Shown here in pieces: positions 37,664 to 48,533 of a DNA stretch of 64,000 nucleotides. Under the pieces are notes generated by a model. That model saw only the letters and a program-made list of their open reading frames with translations. It had not been told where the DNA came from and did not search any database. A program made the position numbers and the translations under genes. This DNA comes from Lachnospiraceae bacterium (GTDB lineage Bacteria > Bacillota > Clostridia > Lachnospirales > Lachnospiraceae): the NCBI GenBank assembly GCA_029008035.1, contig JAQXIY010000102.1:30158-94157 (forward strand). The letters run 5' to 3'. How positions within the stretch are numbered: position 1 is the first letter of the stretch; every line of letters starts with the position of its first letter.

Positions 37664-39073
37664 ATGTATCGAGAAGGAAAAAGTAGTTGGATGAAACATC
37701 TGGACTTTACGATTCTGGATATTCTGATGATGGAGTTGGCATTGATTGGTGCCTATGCATGGCGATTTGACGGCTTGTGGCTTTATGACGAGGATATTTA
37801 CAGACGTATTGCTTTTATTGCCCTTTTGATGGATATCTGTGTTGTGTTTTTTACAGAATCATACACAGGCATTTTGAGGAGAAATAAATATCAAGAGTTG
37901 CGACATACAATAGCCCATTGTACAATCGTTTTCGGTGGCGTGCTGGTTTATATGTATGCTACCCAGACATCCGTGGTGTACTCCCGTCAGATGCTCTTTA
38001 TGTTCCTGATATTGTTTGTATGTTTCTCCTATGTGGGAAGAGTGTTCTTGAAGAGAAGCATTCGGAGAAGGAAGCTACAGGACAAGAATAAGGCGAAGAT
38101 GACGGTGGTGTCAGACTCTCATTCCATCGACCAGTGCCTTTATGAGTTTGCCCATGACAAATATACAGAGTTCAAGGTGGATGGTCTTGTGATTGTGGAC
38201 AAGGATATGCGGGGCCAGGAGATTCAGGGATTTCCTGTGGTGGCCACTGCGGATACCTTTATGGAATATCTTCGCACCAACGTGGTGGATGAAGTGTATA
38301 TCAATGGCAATACCAGAACCTCATCAGAGGCATTGGCTGCACAGTTGATTGAATTGGGAGTTACGGTTCATGTAGGGCTGATTAATACCAAGCAGATGGC
38401 CTCAGAGCGTCGGATAGAATACTTTGGAGACTACATTGTGATGACGTCCAGCATGCATATTGCCAATGCACGCCAGTTGTTTGTGAAGAGAACGATGGAT
38501 ATTGTAGGAGGAATTGTGGGACTGCTTCTCACAGCCATTGCTTTTTTAATTTTTGCTCCTATTATTAAGATACAATCTCCGGGGCCTGTATTTTTTAAAC
38601 AGGTGCGCATCGGCAAGAACGGACGCCGATTTAACTTCTATAAGTTTCGCTCAATGTATATGGATGCGGAGCAGCGCAAGGCGGAGTTGATGGCAGAGAA
38701 TGAGATGCAGGGTAATATGTTCAAGATGGAGAATGATCCCCGTATTATTCCCATCGGGCATTTTATGCGGAAATATTCTATCGATGAACTGCCTCAGTTC
38801 TGGAATGTGCTAAAGGGAGATATGAGTCTGGTAGGAACCAGACCTCCCACAGAGGACGAATTTGAACAGTACGAATATCATCACAAAGCCCGCCTGGGAA
38901 TTCGGCCCGGACTGACCGGAATGTGGCAGGTTAGTGGGCGAAGCGATATTACGGACTTTGAGGACGTGGTGGCGCTGGATACAGAATACATTGCCAAATG
39001 GACCCTGGGGTTGGACGTGATGATTCTCTTTAAGACCATTGGCGTTGTGCTTATGGGGAAGGGATCAAAATAA
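37664..39073 (+). CDS. Priming glycosyl-1-phosphate transferase (bacterial sugar transferase, CpsE/WcaJ-like)
   Basis: KRTMDI, FYKFRSM, DPRI, SIDELPQFWNVLKGDMSLVGTRP, PGLTGMWQVSGRS. Confidence 0.93.
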   Translation: MYREGKSSWMKHLDFTILDILMMELALIGAYAWRFDGLWLYDEDIYRRIAFIALLMDICVVFFTESYTGILRRNKYQELRHTIAHCTIVFGGVLVYMYATQTSVVYSRQMLFMFLILFVCFSYVGRVFLKRSIRRRKLQDKNKAKMTVVSDSHSIDQCLYEFAHDKYTEFKVDGLVIVDKDMRGQEIQGFPVVATADTFMEYLRTNVVDEVYINGNTRTSSEALAAQLIELGVTVHVGLINTKQMASERRIEYFGDYIVMTSSMHIANARQLFVKRTMDIVGGIVGLLLTAIAFLIFAPIIKIQSPGPVFFKQVRIGKNGRRFNFYKFRSMYMDAEQRKAELMAENEMQGNMFKMENDPRIIPIGHFMRKYSIDELPQFWNVLKGDMSLVGTRPPTEDEFEQYEYHHKARLGIRPGLTGMWQVSGRSDITDFEDVVALDTEYIAKWTLGLDVMILFKTIGVVLMGKGSK

Positions 39074-40437
39074 TGGAGATGCCAAGATTTTCACTTGTGG
39101 TTTGGACGAGGGATACCAATGAGGTATTCTTTCGGGATTTTATGGAATCCATGGTTGCACAGACCTATGATAATTGGGAATTATATATCATAGATGAGGG
39201 CAGAGACAGTCGCATAGCAACCATTGCCTCGGAGTTTTTTCCGGAGGACCACAGGGTGCACTATCGACAACTCAGAACGAATAGAGGGAAAGCCTATGCT
39301 TATAACATAGGCTTTCATTTTGCGTTGCTGGACGGAGTGAAATGTGATGAGGATGCCGGCTATATTGTGGTGGCAGATCAGCATGATCGACTCAGTCCCG
39401 GAACGCTGGCAACATTGGCTGAGTATGCAAAGACTACTCCGGATATCATCTACACCGACCATGACGAACTGGTGGGGGTGGATCGCATGTCACCCCATTT
39501 CAAATCAGAGCTTAACAAGGAACTGCTAATACGAAGCAACTACATTGGCGAATTTGTGGCTGTTTCCCACAGTGCGGCAAGACGCATAGGGGAGTTTCAG
39601 GAAAAGCTAACCTACGCAGTTGTATATGATTATCTGCTGCGGGGGATGGAACGGGATATGTCGTTTGTACGAGTTCCGGCCTTGGTGTACCATCATCGTG
39701 TACTGACCGTGGAGAATCGCAAGGAATTTATGCAGCTTCAGGAAAAGAATAAACGGGAGCATATGATGGTGGCGGAGGCATCGCTGCGAAGGAGAGGCAT
39801 TGCTGCCACCTTGGAGGCCGGTTCAGACATTTCCTACTGGAAGGTAAACTATGATGGGGATGACGCTTATGCTCATCCAAGAGATTATCTGCTGTTGCGC
39901 AGCCAAGGGGTTCGCCCTCTGACCCGTCACAATGTTGAGAGAATGTATGGCTTTCTGCGACAGAAGGATGTGGCTGTGGTGGGGGCCCGGTTTATCAAGA
40001 GCGGGTTTACCCTGGATAACTGCGGATACCTCTATGATGCAGAGGGAGGAATTTACCCGGCCTTTTACAATCAAAAACTATTTCGTCCTACCTACGAACA
40101 GTTGGGACAGATTCCGAGAGATGTCAGCATGGTAGATGCTGCATATTGTATGATTGATGCAAAAGCGTACCGCAAGCTGGGGGGATTTGACCCCAAACTG
40201 TCAGGTCGGGATGTGATGTTGGATTTTTGCCTGCGGGCGAAAAAAGCCGAACTTCGTATTGTGGTAGATCCCGGAGTGATTGCCAGAAATAATGCCAAAA
40301 GTATGGACAGTACTCAGGGGTCCAGAGAATTGTTGCTGGAGCGCTGGGGTGATATACTGGCCAACGGAGATCCCATGTACAATCCTAATATGAACCTGGG
40401 ATTGGAGAATTTTGGCTTGGGCAGTTTTGACATTTAA
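39073..40437 (+). CDS. Degenerate tandem-GT2-like protein
   Basis: QTYDNWELYI, IYTDHD, PHFK, NYIG, GDPMYNPN motifs; DxD-type motifs diverged. Confidence 0.7.
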   Translation: MEMPRFSLVVWTRDTNEVFFRDFMESMVAQTYDNWELYIIDEGRDSRIATIASEFFPEDHRVHYRQLRTNRGKAYAYNIGFHFALLDGVKCDEDAGYIVVADQHDRLSPGTLATLAEYAKTTPDIIYTDHDELVGVDRMSPHFKSELNKELLIRSNYIGEFVAVSHSAARRIGEFQEKLTYAVVYDYLLRGMERDMSFVRVPALVYHHRVLTVENRKEFMQLQEKNKREHMMVAEASLRRRGIAATLEAGSDISYWKVNYDGDDAYAHPRDYLLLRSQGVRPLTRHNVERMYGFLRQKDVAVVGARFIKSGFTLDNCGYLYDAEGGIYPAFYNQKLFRPTYEQLGQIPRDVSMVDAAYCMIDAKAYRKLGGFDPKLSGRDVMLDFCLRAKKAELRIVVDPGVIARNNAKSMDSTQGSRELLLERWGDILANGDPMYNPNMNLGLENFGLGSFDI

Positions 40438-40499
40438 CCGGGTATAATTTATAATAAGCATTTAGCATATGATGACCCGAGAGAAATAAGGAGAAAAGT

Positions 40500-41705
40500 A
40501 TGGCAAAGAAGGAAATATACAATATAGATCTGGCCCAGAACGGGGGGCAGAGAAGAAGTAGTGAACATAGAAATACCAACAGATCAGAGGCAGATAGAAG
40601 GCGTCCTGTCACATCAGGTTCGGCACAGCATTCCGGTAAGAAAAAGATGACAAGAAGTCAGCTTCGCAGAAAGAAAAGAAAGAGACTCTTAATTATTGAA
40701 GTGGTTATACTGCTCCTTGTTTTGGCATTTTTGTTTGTGTGGCTGAAATTGGGCAAGATTAGTTGGGACGATTTAAAGAATCTGTATGTGAACAAGTTGG
40801 ATGACGAGACACAGGACTTGCTGGAGGGATACACTAACATCGCTCTTTTTGGCGTGGATAACCGTTCCAATGGCAACTACGACAGCGGTAACAGTGACAG
40901 TATTATGATTTGCAGTATCAACAACGAAACCAAAGAGGTGAAGTTGATTTCTGTTTATCGAGACACCTGCTTTGACGTGGACGGTGATATGACGTTCCGC
41001 AAGTGTAATTATGCATATAACCATGGTGGACCTCAGCAGGCCATTGAGATGCTGAATCGCAACCTGGATTTAAATATTCAGAAGTATGTTTCCGTGGATT
41101 TCTACGCTTTGGCAGAGGCCAGTGATGCACTGGGCGGAATTGAGTTGGACATTCCTGCAGATGTGGCTTCCCAGATGAACTCCGGATATATTGCGGAAGT
41201 GGCCGGAGTTACCGGTATGAAGGGTGGCAATGTCTCATCAGGTGTCCAGAGAGTCAATGGTACGCAGGCAGTAGCCTTCTGCAGAATTCGTTATACCGCC
41301 GGGGGAGACTTCGGACGTGCAGAGCGACAGCGCCAGGTGCTGCAGGCTATGGTAAATGAGTTGAGCGGAGCCAGCATTGGTGAGATGAATAAATTGGTTA
41401 ACGCAGTGTTTGACGATGTTGGAACCAATTTCAAACTGAATCAGATTATTAAGATGGCATCCTATGTCAAGGACTATAAGCTGGTGGAGACAAGGGGATT
41501 TCCGTATGATATGAAGACGGGTAATTATGGATCTCAGGGTGATATGGTTGTACCGTGTACTCTGGAAAGCAATGTCAAGAAGTTGCACGCAGATTTATTT
41601 GGCAATGAAGATATGGAAGTGTCCGGCGAACTGTCTAAGATCAGCAGCAAGATTCAGAACTTTACCGGCTATGGTGAAGGGGATGCTCTGGATTATGGAT
41701 ATTAA
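40500..41705 (+). CDS. LCP-family phosphotransferase
   Basis: Basic N-terminus + TM; NIALFGVD, SDSIMI, SVYRDT, FCRIRY, DFGRAERQR. Confidence 0.92.
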   Translation: MAKKEIYNIDLAQNGGQRRSSEHRNTNRSEADRRRPVTSGSAQHSGKKKMTRSQLRRKKRKRLLIIEVVILLLVLAFLFVWLKLGKISWDDLKNLYVNKLDDETQDLLEGYTNIALFGVDNRSNGNYDSGNSDSIMICSINNETKEVKLISVYRDTCFDVDGDMTFRKCNYAYNHGGPQQAIEMLNRNLDLNIQKYVSVDFYALAEASDALGGIELDIPADVASQMNSGYIAEVAGVTGMKGGNVSSGVQRVNGTQAVAFCRIRYTAGGDFGRAERQRQVLQAMVNELSGASIGEMNKLVNAVFDDVGTNFKLNQIIKMASYVKDYKLVETRGFPYDMKTGNYGSQGDMVVPCTLESNVKKLHADLFGNEDMEVSGELSKISSKIQNFTGYGEGDALDYGY

Positions 41706-41720
41706 TGGAGGAGATAGTTT

Positions 41721-43547
41721 ATGTGTGGAATTGTAGGTTACATTGGTAAAGCTCAGGCAGCGCCTATTCTTTTGGACGGCTTGTCTAAGCTTGAGTACCG
41801 AGGATACGATTCTGCGGGAATCGCAGTGTATGATGGAGAGCACATCGTAGGCAAAAAGGCTATGGGACGTCTCAAGGTTTTAAGCGAGATGACCCATGAC
41901 GGAGAGACTATGCCGGGTACGGTTGGCATCGGACACACCCGTTGGGCTACCCATGGTGCTCCTACCGATGAGAATGCCCATCCTCATTTTAACGAGTCTG
42001 AAACTATCGCAGTGGTACACAATGGTATCATTGAGAATTACCTCAAGCTTAAGAAAAAGTTGATAGATAAGGGCTATTCGTTTCAATCGGAGACGGATAC
42101 GGAAGTTGTGGCACATTTGTTGGATTACTACTACAAGGGCAATCCTTTGGAGGCTATTACCAAGGTAATGCACCGTGTGGACGGTTCCTATGCCCTTGGC
42201 ATTATCTTTGCGGACCAGCCGGGGTACGTATATGCTGTTCGCAAGGACAGTCCCTTGATTGTGGGTAAGGGTAAGGATGGTAATTTGATTGCATCTGATG
42301 TTCCGGCAGTGCTGAAGTACACAAGAGATGTGTGCTTTATTGAGAATGAGGAGATTGCAAGGCTATCTGAGGATGCCATCGAATTCTTCAATGTGGATGG
42401 AGAGCCTATTGAGAAGACATATAAGACCATTGAGTGGGATGTAAATGCTGCAGAAAAGGGCGGCTATGAGCATTTCATGTTAAAGGAGATGTACGAACAG
42501 CCCAAGACTGTCCGAGACACCCTAAGTCCCCGTCTCAAGGATAATGATATCGTGATTGAGGAACTGGGCATGACGGATGAGGAGATTCGAGAGATTAGTC
42601 GAATCCGCATCGTAGCCTGCGGTTCCGCTTATCATACCGGCGTTACGGCAAAGTATGTATATGAGGGCATGGCCCGGATCCCGGTGGAGGTGGATTTGGC
42701 ATCAGAGTTCCGCTACCGCAATCCGATTTTAGACGAGAAAGAATTGGTGATTATCATCAGTCAGTCCGGGGAGACGGCAGATTCTTTGGCTGCTTTGCGA
42801 GAGGCGAAGGAGAGAGGCAACACAACTATGGGTATTGTAAATGTTGTGGGAAGCTCCATTGCCAGAGAAGCTGACAAAGTCTTTTACACATGGGCAGGAC
42901 CTGAGATCGCCGTTGCCACTACCAAGGCATACTCGGCTCAATTAATTGCCCACTATCTGTTGGCAATCAAGTTTGCCCGTGTTCGCGGAACCATTACGGA
43001 GCAGGAGATGGCGGACTATATAACAGACTTGAAGCGGTTGCCGGACCAGATTGAATTGCTTTTGGGTAACAAAGAGCGAATTCAGAGATTTGCAAATCGT
43101 TACGTTACAGCCAAGGATGTATTCTTTATCGGCCGAGGTATCGACTATGCTATTTCTCTTGAGGGGTCTCTGAAATTAAAGGAGATTTCTTATATTCATT
43201 CCGAGGCCTACGCAGCAGGAGAACTGAAGCATGGAACCATTTCACTCATTGAGGAAGGAACGCTGGTGTCTGCTGTTGTGACCCAGGAGGATTTATACAA
43301 AAAGACCGTCAGCAATATTGTGGAGGTTCGCACTCGCGGAGCCTTTGTCATGGCGGTTACCAATGAGGGCAATACAGAGATTGAAAAGGCGGCTGATTAT
43401 GTGGTCTACATTCCAAAGACCAACAAGTATTTTACCAATTCTCTGGCTATTATTCCGTTGCAGTTGTTCAGTTACTATGTATCTGTAGGCAAGGGATGTG
43501 ATGTGGATAAGCCGAGAAATCTTGCAAAGTCCGTTACAGTGGAATAA
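41721..43547 (+). CDS. glmS: Glutamine-fructose-6-phosphate aminotransferase
   Basis: MCGIVG, LEYRGYDSAG, GHTRWATHG, SQSGETAD, PRNLAKSVTVE. Confidence 0.98.
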   Translation: MCGIVGYIGKAQAAPILLDGLSKLEYRGYDSAGIAVYDGEHIVGKKAMGRLKVLSEMTHDGETMPGTVGIGHTRWATHGAPTDENAHPHFNESETIAVVHNGIIENYLKLKKKLIDKGYSFQSETDTEVVAHLLDYYYKGNPLEAITKVMHRVDGSYALGIIFADQPGYVYAVRKDSPLIVGKGKDGNLIASDVPAVLKYTRDVCFIENEEIARLSEDAIEFFNVDGEPIEKTYKTIEWDVNAAEKGGYEHFMLKEMYEQPKTVRDTLSPRLKDNDIVIEELGMTDEEIREISRIRIVACGSAYHTGVTAKYVYEGMARIPVEVDLASEFRYRNPILDEKELVIIISQSGETADSLAALREAKERGNTTMGIVNVVGSSIAREADKVFYTWAGPEIAVATTKAYSAQLIAHYLLAIKFARVRGTITEQEMADYITDLKRLPDQIELLLGNKERIQRFANRYVTAKDVFFIGRGIDYAISLEGSLKLKEISYIHSEAYAAGELKHGTISLIEEGTLVSAVVTQEDLYKKTVSNIVEVRTRGAFVMAVTNEGNTEIEKAADYVVYIPKTNKYFTNSLAIIPLQLFSYYVSVGKGCDVDKPRNLAKSVTVE

Positions 43548-43559
43548 CAAAAGATTTGG

Positions 43560-43588
43560 AAGGGCAGACCTGCGGGCCTGCCCTTTTT
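43560..43588 (+). terminator. Intrinsic terminator after glmS
   Basis: AAGGGCAG...CTGCCCTT stem plus T-run. Confidence 0.75.
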
Positions 43589-43598
43589 CGCAATATTC

Positions 43599-43627
43599 TA
43601 ACAAAATAATCACAAAGTTATCACAAA
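43599..43627 (+). promoter_or_regulatory. Tandem direct repeats upstream of htrA (candidate OmpR/CssR-type binding site)
   Basis: TAACAAA, TCACAAA, TCACAAA at 11-bp period (43599, 43610, 43621). Confidence 0.5.
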
Positions 43628-43679
43628 TCAGGAATAAACTTTGAGTCATCAAATGAAAGGTTGGAAGGAGTCGATACCA

Positions 43680-44909
43680 ATGAATGAATATGAGTACAGT
43701 GGAAATCAAGATAAGAAAAAGAATTATTCTGGATTTGGCCATAAATTGGTTAAGGTAGTTGCCATTGCTCTGGTGTTTGGGCTTGTTGCCGGGGCGGCAT
43801 TTCAAGGGTCTTATTATGTCGTTGGCAAACTTACCGGAACGGATCAGGAAAAGGCACAGGTGACGGAGACCTCCACCAAGGGGCAGATTTCCGGCACAGC
43901 AGTCTCTACCGCAACCACCATTACAGATGTGTCTGATATTGTGGACAATGTGATGCCGGCAGTTGTGGCTGTTACCAATATTTCCTATACAGAGTATCAC
44001 AGTTTCTTCGGCGGCACACAGACCTATGAGAGCGAATCGGCAGGTTCCGGATTTATCATCAGTCAGGACAAGGAGAACCTATACATTGCCACCAACAATC
44101 ATGTAGTGTCCGGGGCAGAGAGTTTGACCATCACCTTCTGTGATGACGAGGCAGTTCCGGGTACGGTGAAAGGTACAGACCCATCCGTAGATTTGGCGGT
44201 GGTTTCTGTGGCGTTGTCTGATGTGAGTGACGAGACCAAGAACTCCATCAAAGTGGCAACCCTGGGAGATTCCGGCGATTTGACTGTCGGAGAATCTGCA
44301 ATTGTTATCGGTAATGCTCTGGGATACGGACAATCCGTAACCACAGGTGTCATTAGTGCAATGGAACGAGAGGTGCAGTTAGAGGACGAAAATGGAAAGA
44401 CCATCAAGAACAAACTGATTCAGACAGATGCGGCGGTTAACCCCGGAAACAGTGGTGGTGCCCTGCTGAATATGAAGGGTGAAGTGGTAGGCGTTGTCTC
44501 TGCCAAGTATTCTGATACTAAGGTGGAGGGTATGGGCTACGCCATTCCAATCTCTTCTGCAAAAAACATCATTGAGACGCTGATTAACCAAGAAGTGGTA
44601 TCAGAGGAACAGGCTTCTTACTTTGGTATTGCCGGGGTAGATGTCACCGAGGAGGTTTCCCGTCAGTATGATATGCCTACCGGTCTTTATGTGACCCGTG
44701 TGGCAGCCAACAGTGGCGCAAGTGAGGCCGGGATTAAGAAAGGAGATATTATTACCAGTTTTAATGGCAGAAGTATCTCATCCATGGAAGAGATTTCTGA
44801 TATGATGCAGTACATCTCTGCCGGTTCAACTGTGGAGGTGGTAGTCGCACAGGCTAAAAATAACTATGAGGAGACTACACTTCAGGTAACCTTGACCAAT
44901 AAAAAATAA
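43680..44909 (+). CDS. htrA: HtrA/DegP-like serine protease with PDZ domain
   Basis: GSGFII, TNNHVV, DLAVV, IQTDAAVNPGNSGGAL; TM anchor; C-terminal PDZ. Confidence 0.92.
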   Translation: MNEYEYSGNQDKKKNYSGFGHKLVKVVAIALVFGLVAGAAFQGSYYVVGKLTGTDQEKAQVTETSTKGQISGTAVSTATTITDVSDIVDNVMPAVVAVTNISYTEYHSFFGGTQTYESESAGSGFIISQDKENLYIATNNHVVSGAESLTITFCDDEAVPGTVKGTDPSVDLAVVSVALSDVSDETKNSIKVATLGDSGDLTVGESAIVIGNALGYGQSVTTGVISAMEREVQLEDENGKTIKNKLIQTDAAVNPGNSGGALLNMKGEVVGVVSAKYSDTKVEGMGYAIPISSAKNIIETLINQEVVSEEQASYFGIAGVDVTEEVSRQYDMPTGLYVTRVAANSGASEAGIKKGDIITSFNGRSISSMEEISDMMQYISAGSTVEVVVAQAKNNYEETTLQVTLTNKK

Positions 44910-44941
44910 ATGTTAGAATACTCTGTATGGAGGAGTGTTCT

Positions 44942-45958
44942 ATGGAAAATAAAAGGGATTATATTTCTGTGCTAAATGTCATTGCGTGCCTTGCTGTTGT
45001 TATGATGCATGTAAACAACTGTGGGATGGTGTTTAGCATGGAACCCTATTGGATAAGCGGAATTATCATTGAAGGCATCTGTAATTTTGCAGTGCCGGTG
45101 TTCTTTATGATTTCAGGAGCCACGTTGATTGATTACCGCAGTCGATACAATACAACCACTTTCTTCAAGAAGCGATTCTTGAAGACAGTGGTTCCTTTTG
45201 TTGTCTGGTCTTTTTTTGGAATGGCATATTGTATCTACACAAAGCAGGTGACGGATTTGCGCCTGTCCCATTTATTGCTGGGAATCGTCAATGTGGAATT
45301 TGTTAATATCTATTGGTTCTTCATTCCATTGTTTATGGCATATCTCACCATACCGGTGTTATCCAGAATAGAGGAAAAGAAAACAGTATATCTCTATATG
45401 ATTTTGATGGGGGCAGTCATTGAGTTTTTTATTCCATTTCTGTCAATGATTCAGGGAGTCGCTTACAATGACTTTTTGCACACCCCGATGTTTAGCGGAT
45501 GGATTATCTATCTGATTGTGGGATATTATATAGAGCACTATCCCATTCCTGCCTTTATCAGATATCTTATCTATTTTGGGGGAGTGATTGGCCTGTTGCT
45601 TATGATTGTGGGAACCATTCGCACTTCCTATGCCATGGGAGGATTGTTTGGCGGATATAAAGGGTTTATAAACTTCCCTGTACTTTTATACAGCAGTGCC
45701 ATCTTTCTGGCATTCAAACAACTGACAGGAACCGGAGTGGAAAAGGCGCTTGCGGTTTTGACAAAGCCGTTTGTACATGTCACATTTGGCGTGTATTTGT
45801 TACATCGTTTTATATTGGAAATGGTATACCGATTTGTGGCTGTGGATACCACATCCCTTGCGTATCGCCTATTGGGCTCAGTGGCGGTGTTCGTGATTTC
45901 TGCTATGATTGTTAGGGTGATGCAAAGGATACCCGTCCTTAGAAGAATTGTGCCCTAA
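44942..45958 (+). CDS. Acyltransferase family 3 membrane protein
   Basis: IACLAVVMMH, AVPVFFMISGA, TFGVYLLH. Confidence 0.85.
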   Translation: MENKRDYISVLNVIACLAVVMMHVNNCGMVFSMEPYWISGIIIEGICNFAVPVFFMISGATLIDYRSRYNTTTFFKKRFLKTVVPFVVWSFFGMAYCIYTKQVTDLRLSHLLLGIVNVEFVNIYWFFIPLFMAYLTIPVLSRIEEKKTVYLYMILMGAVIEFFIPFLSMIQGVAYNDFLHTPMFSGWIIYLIVGYYIEHYPIPAFIRYLIYFGGVIGLLLMIVGTIRTSYAMGGLFGGYKGFINFPVLLYSSAIFLAFKQLTGTGVEKALAVLTKPFVHVTFGVYLLHRFILEMVYRFVAVDTTSLAYRLLGSVAVFVISAMIVRVMQRIPVLRRIVP

Positions 45959-46051
45959 TGATATTCTCTTTCTTGTGGGATGGTGTAGAGTGTGCTAAAC
46001 TTTAGAAGTAAAAATAGGCTCCGCCACAGGCTGGGGCAAACGGAGGTTGTT

Positions 46052-46984
46052 ATGGAGAAGAAAAGAATCGTAATTGCTTTAGGACATGATGCGTTAGGAA
46101 CCACATTGCCGGAACAGCAGAAGGCATTGGTGAAGACAGCAAAGGCTGTTGCAGAATTTATCAAGCAGGATTATCAAGTGGTAATCACCCACAGCAATGG
46201 TCCACAGGTGAGTATGATTCACACAGCCATGGCAGAATTTTGCAGACTGTACCCGGAGTACACAGCAACTCCTATGTCCGTGTGTTCCGCTATGAGCCAG
46301 GGATACATCGGATATGATTTGCAGAATGCCATTCGCGCGGAACTGCTCAGCCATGGAATCTACAAGACTGTTGCTACCGTTTTGACCCAGGTGACCGTAG
46401 ATCCTTATGATGAAGCCTTTTATAAGCCCACCAAGGTAATTGGACGTGTGATGACCGAGGAAGAGGCGAAGGAGGAAGAGAAGAAAGGCAACCATGTGGT
46501 TGCTGTGGAAGGCGGATATCGCCGTATTGTGGCTACACCGAAGCCTTTGGATATCGTGGAGATTGATGCCATAAAGACACTTTGTGATGCGGGAGAGATT
46601 GTAGTTGCCTGTGGAGGTGGCGGTATTCCTGTTTTGCCACAGGATCATCACCTGAGAGGGGCCAGCGCAGTCATTGAGAAGGACACCATCGCCGGTCGTT
46701 TGGCGGATATGCTGGATGCAGATATGCTTGTGATTTTGACCGGTGTGGAGAAGGTTTGTACAGGCTATGGCACAGAGGCACAGAAGCCTCTTGACTATCT
46801 GTCTGTGAAGCAGGCGAAAGAATACATGGAAGCAGGAGAGTTTGAAGCGGGCACCATGTTGCCTAAGATTCAAGCGGCAGTAGATTACATTGGTGACTCT
46901 GCCATCCGTAAGGTACTGATCACAAAGCTTTCCGACAAGGGAAACACCCTGGGCGGAGAGATGGGTACAATGATTGGCAAGTAG
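46052..46984 (+). CDS. arcC: Carbamate kinase (divergent)
   Basis: NGPQV, SQGYIGY, PTK.IG, GYRRIV..PKP, CGGGGIPV, MLPKI. Confidence 0.85.
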   Translation: MEKKRIVIALGHDALGTTLPEQQKALVKTAKAVAEFIKQDYQVVITHSNGPQVSMIHTAMAEFCRLYPEYTATPMSVCSAMSQGYIGYDLQNAIRAELLSHGIYKTVATVLTQVTVDPYDEAFYKPTKVIGRVMTEEEAKEEEKKGNHVVAVEGGYRRIVATPKPLDIVEIDAIKTLCDAGEIVVACGGGGIPVLPQDHHLRGASAVIEKDTIAGRLADMLDADMLVILTGVEKVCTGYGTEAQKPLDYLSVKQAKEYMEAGEFEAGTMLPKIQAAVDYIGDSAIRKVLITKLSDKGNTLGGEMGTMIGK

Positions 46985-47039
46985 GAGAATATGGGGGAGT
47001 ATCTTGGGGAATAATCGAAGTAGGAGATTGAGAGAATAA

Positions 47040-48464
47040 ATGAATCAAGTTAGAAAGACAAAGATTATCTGTACAATGGGACCATCTACCGAAAAGCCGG
47101 GAGTTCTGGAACAGTTGATGCTGGCAGGGATGAATGTGGCCCGGTTTAATTTTTCCCATGGAGATCATGAGGAACAACTTTCCCGTTTGAAGGAATTGCG
47201 TGCTACCCGTGAGAGATTGGGATTGCCGGTTGCGGCGTTAATGGATACCAAGGGACCCGAGATTCGCTTAAAGGAATTTGCCGAGGGCAAAGTGATGCTG
47301 GAAGCAGGTCAGACATTTACTCTGACTACCGAGGATGTGGTGGGAGACGAGAATCGCGTTTCCGTTAGCTACAAGAATTTGCCAAAGGATGTGACGGTAG
47401 GAACTCACATTCTTATTGATGATGGACTGATTGAGATGCAGGTGACCAAGGTTGAGGGCACAGAAATTGTCTGCCACGTGATCAATGGTGGCAAGGTGTC
47501 AAACCGCAAGGGAGTTAATGTGCCTAATGTGGAATTGTCCATGGATTACATCAGTTCCAAGGATTTTAAGGATGTGGTGTTTGCGGTCAAGGAAGATTTT
47601 GACTACATTGCTGCGTCTTTTGTCCGCACTGCGGCAGACGTGGAAGAGTTGAGACAGATTCTTCGCGAGCACGGTGGCGACGCAATTAAGATTATCGCTA
47701 AGATTGAAAATAATCAGGGTATCCAGAATATCGACGAGATCATAGAGGCGGCAGATGGCATTATGGTAGCCAGAGGTGATATGGGCGTAGAGATTCCTAT
47801 GGAGGAAGTGCCTGTTATCCAGAAGATGATTATCAAGAAGGCTTACAATGCCGGCAAGGTGGTTGTTACTGCTACCCAGATGCTGGATTCCATGATGAGT
47901 CATCCCAGACCAACCAGAGCCGAGACCACTGATGTTGCCAACGCTATCTATGATGGAACCAGTGCCATCATGTTGTCCGGGGAGACGGCAGCAGGTGACT
48001 ACCCGGTAGAGGCAGTTAAGACTATGGCTCGTATTGCATTGCGCACAGAGAGAGACATCAATTACCTCTCACGTCTCAAGGCGCGAGAATCTACGGATAA
48101 GCCAAGCATTACAGATGCAATTTCTCATACGGCATGTATGATGGCGGGAGATTTGGATGCCACATCTATTGTGACCGTTACCAAGTCCGGTCGTACAGCC
48201 CGTATGATTTCGAAGTATCGTCCACAGAGCCCGATCATCGGAGGTTCCCTTTCCGAGAAGGTATGCCGTCAGCTCAATCTTTGCTGGGGCGTTATTCCTT
48301 TGAAGATTGACGAGAAACAGGATGCGGACGAATTGTTTGACCACGCATTGACGCGCTGCAAGGAGGAGGGGCTCCTTGAGGAGGGCGACACCGTGGTACT
48401 CACCGCAGGCGTTCCTTTGGGCATCGCCGGCACCACCAACTTAATTAAGGCGGAGATTGTGTAA
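47040..48464 (+). CDS. pyk: Pyruvate kinase
   Basis: RKTKIICTMGP, NFSHG, DTKGPEIR, AKIEN, MVARGDMG, ATQMLDSM. Confidence 0.98.
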   Translation: MNQVRKTKIICTMGPSTEKPGVLEQLMLAGMNVARFNFSHGDHEEQLSRLKELRATRERLGLPVAALMDTKGPEIRLKEFAEGKVMLEAGQTFTLTTEDVVGDENRVSVSYKNLPKDVTVGTHILIDDGLIEMQVTKVEGTEIVCHVINGGKVSNRKGVNVPNVELSMDYISSKDFKDVVFAVKEDFDYIAASFVRTAADVEELRQILREHGGDAIKIIAKIENNQGIQNIDEIIEAADGIMVARGDMGVEIPMEEVPVIQKMIIKKAYNAGKVVVTATQMLDSMMSHPRPTRAETTDVANAIYDGTSAIMLSGETAAGDYPVEAVKTMARIALRTERDINYLSRLKARESTDKPSITDAISHTACMMAGDLDATSIVTVTKSGRTARMISKYRPQSPIIGGSLSEKVCRQLNLCWGVIPLKIDEKQDADELFDHALTRCKEEGLLEEGDTVVLTAGVPLGIAGTTNLIKAEIV

Positions 48465-48508
48465 GTGCCATTAGGGACGAGGTGACTCACCCCGTCCCTG
48501 TTGGCACC
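48465..48508 (+). repeat. REP-like palindromic repeat, long variant
   Basis: GTGCCATTAGGGACG-AGGTGACTCACCC-CGTCCCTGTTGGCACC; shares GCCATTAGGGAC with other copies; starts right after pyk stop. Confidence 0.8.
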
Positions 48509-48533
48509 GCGTTGTTTACGAAGGAGGAAGCGT

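Noticed and set aside
41706-41720. glmS ribozyme upstream of glmS
   Set aside because: Only 15 bp separate the LCP stop from the glmS start; no room and no ribozyme core seen
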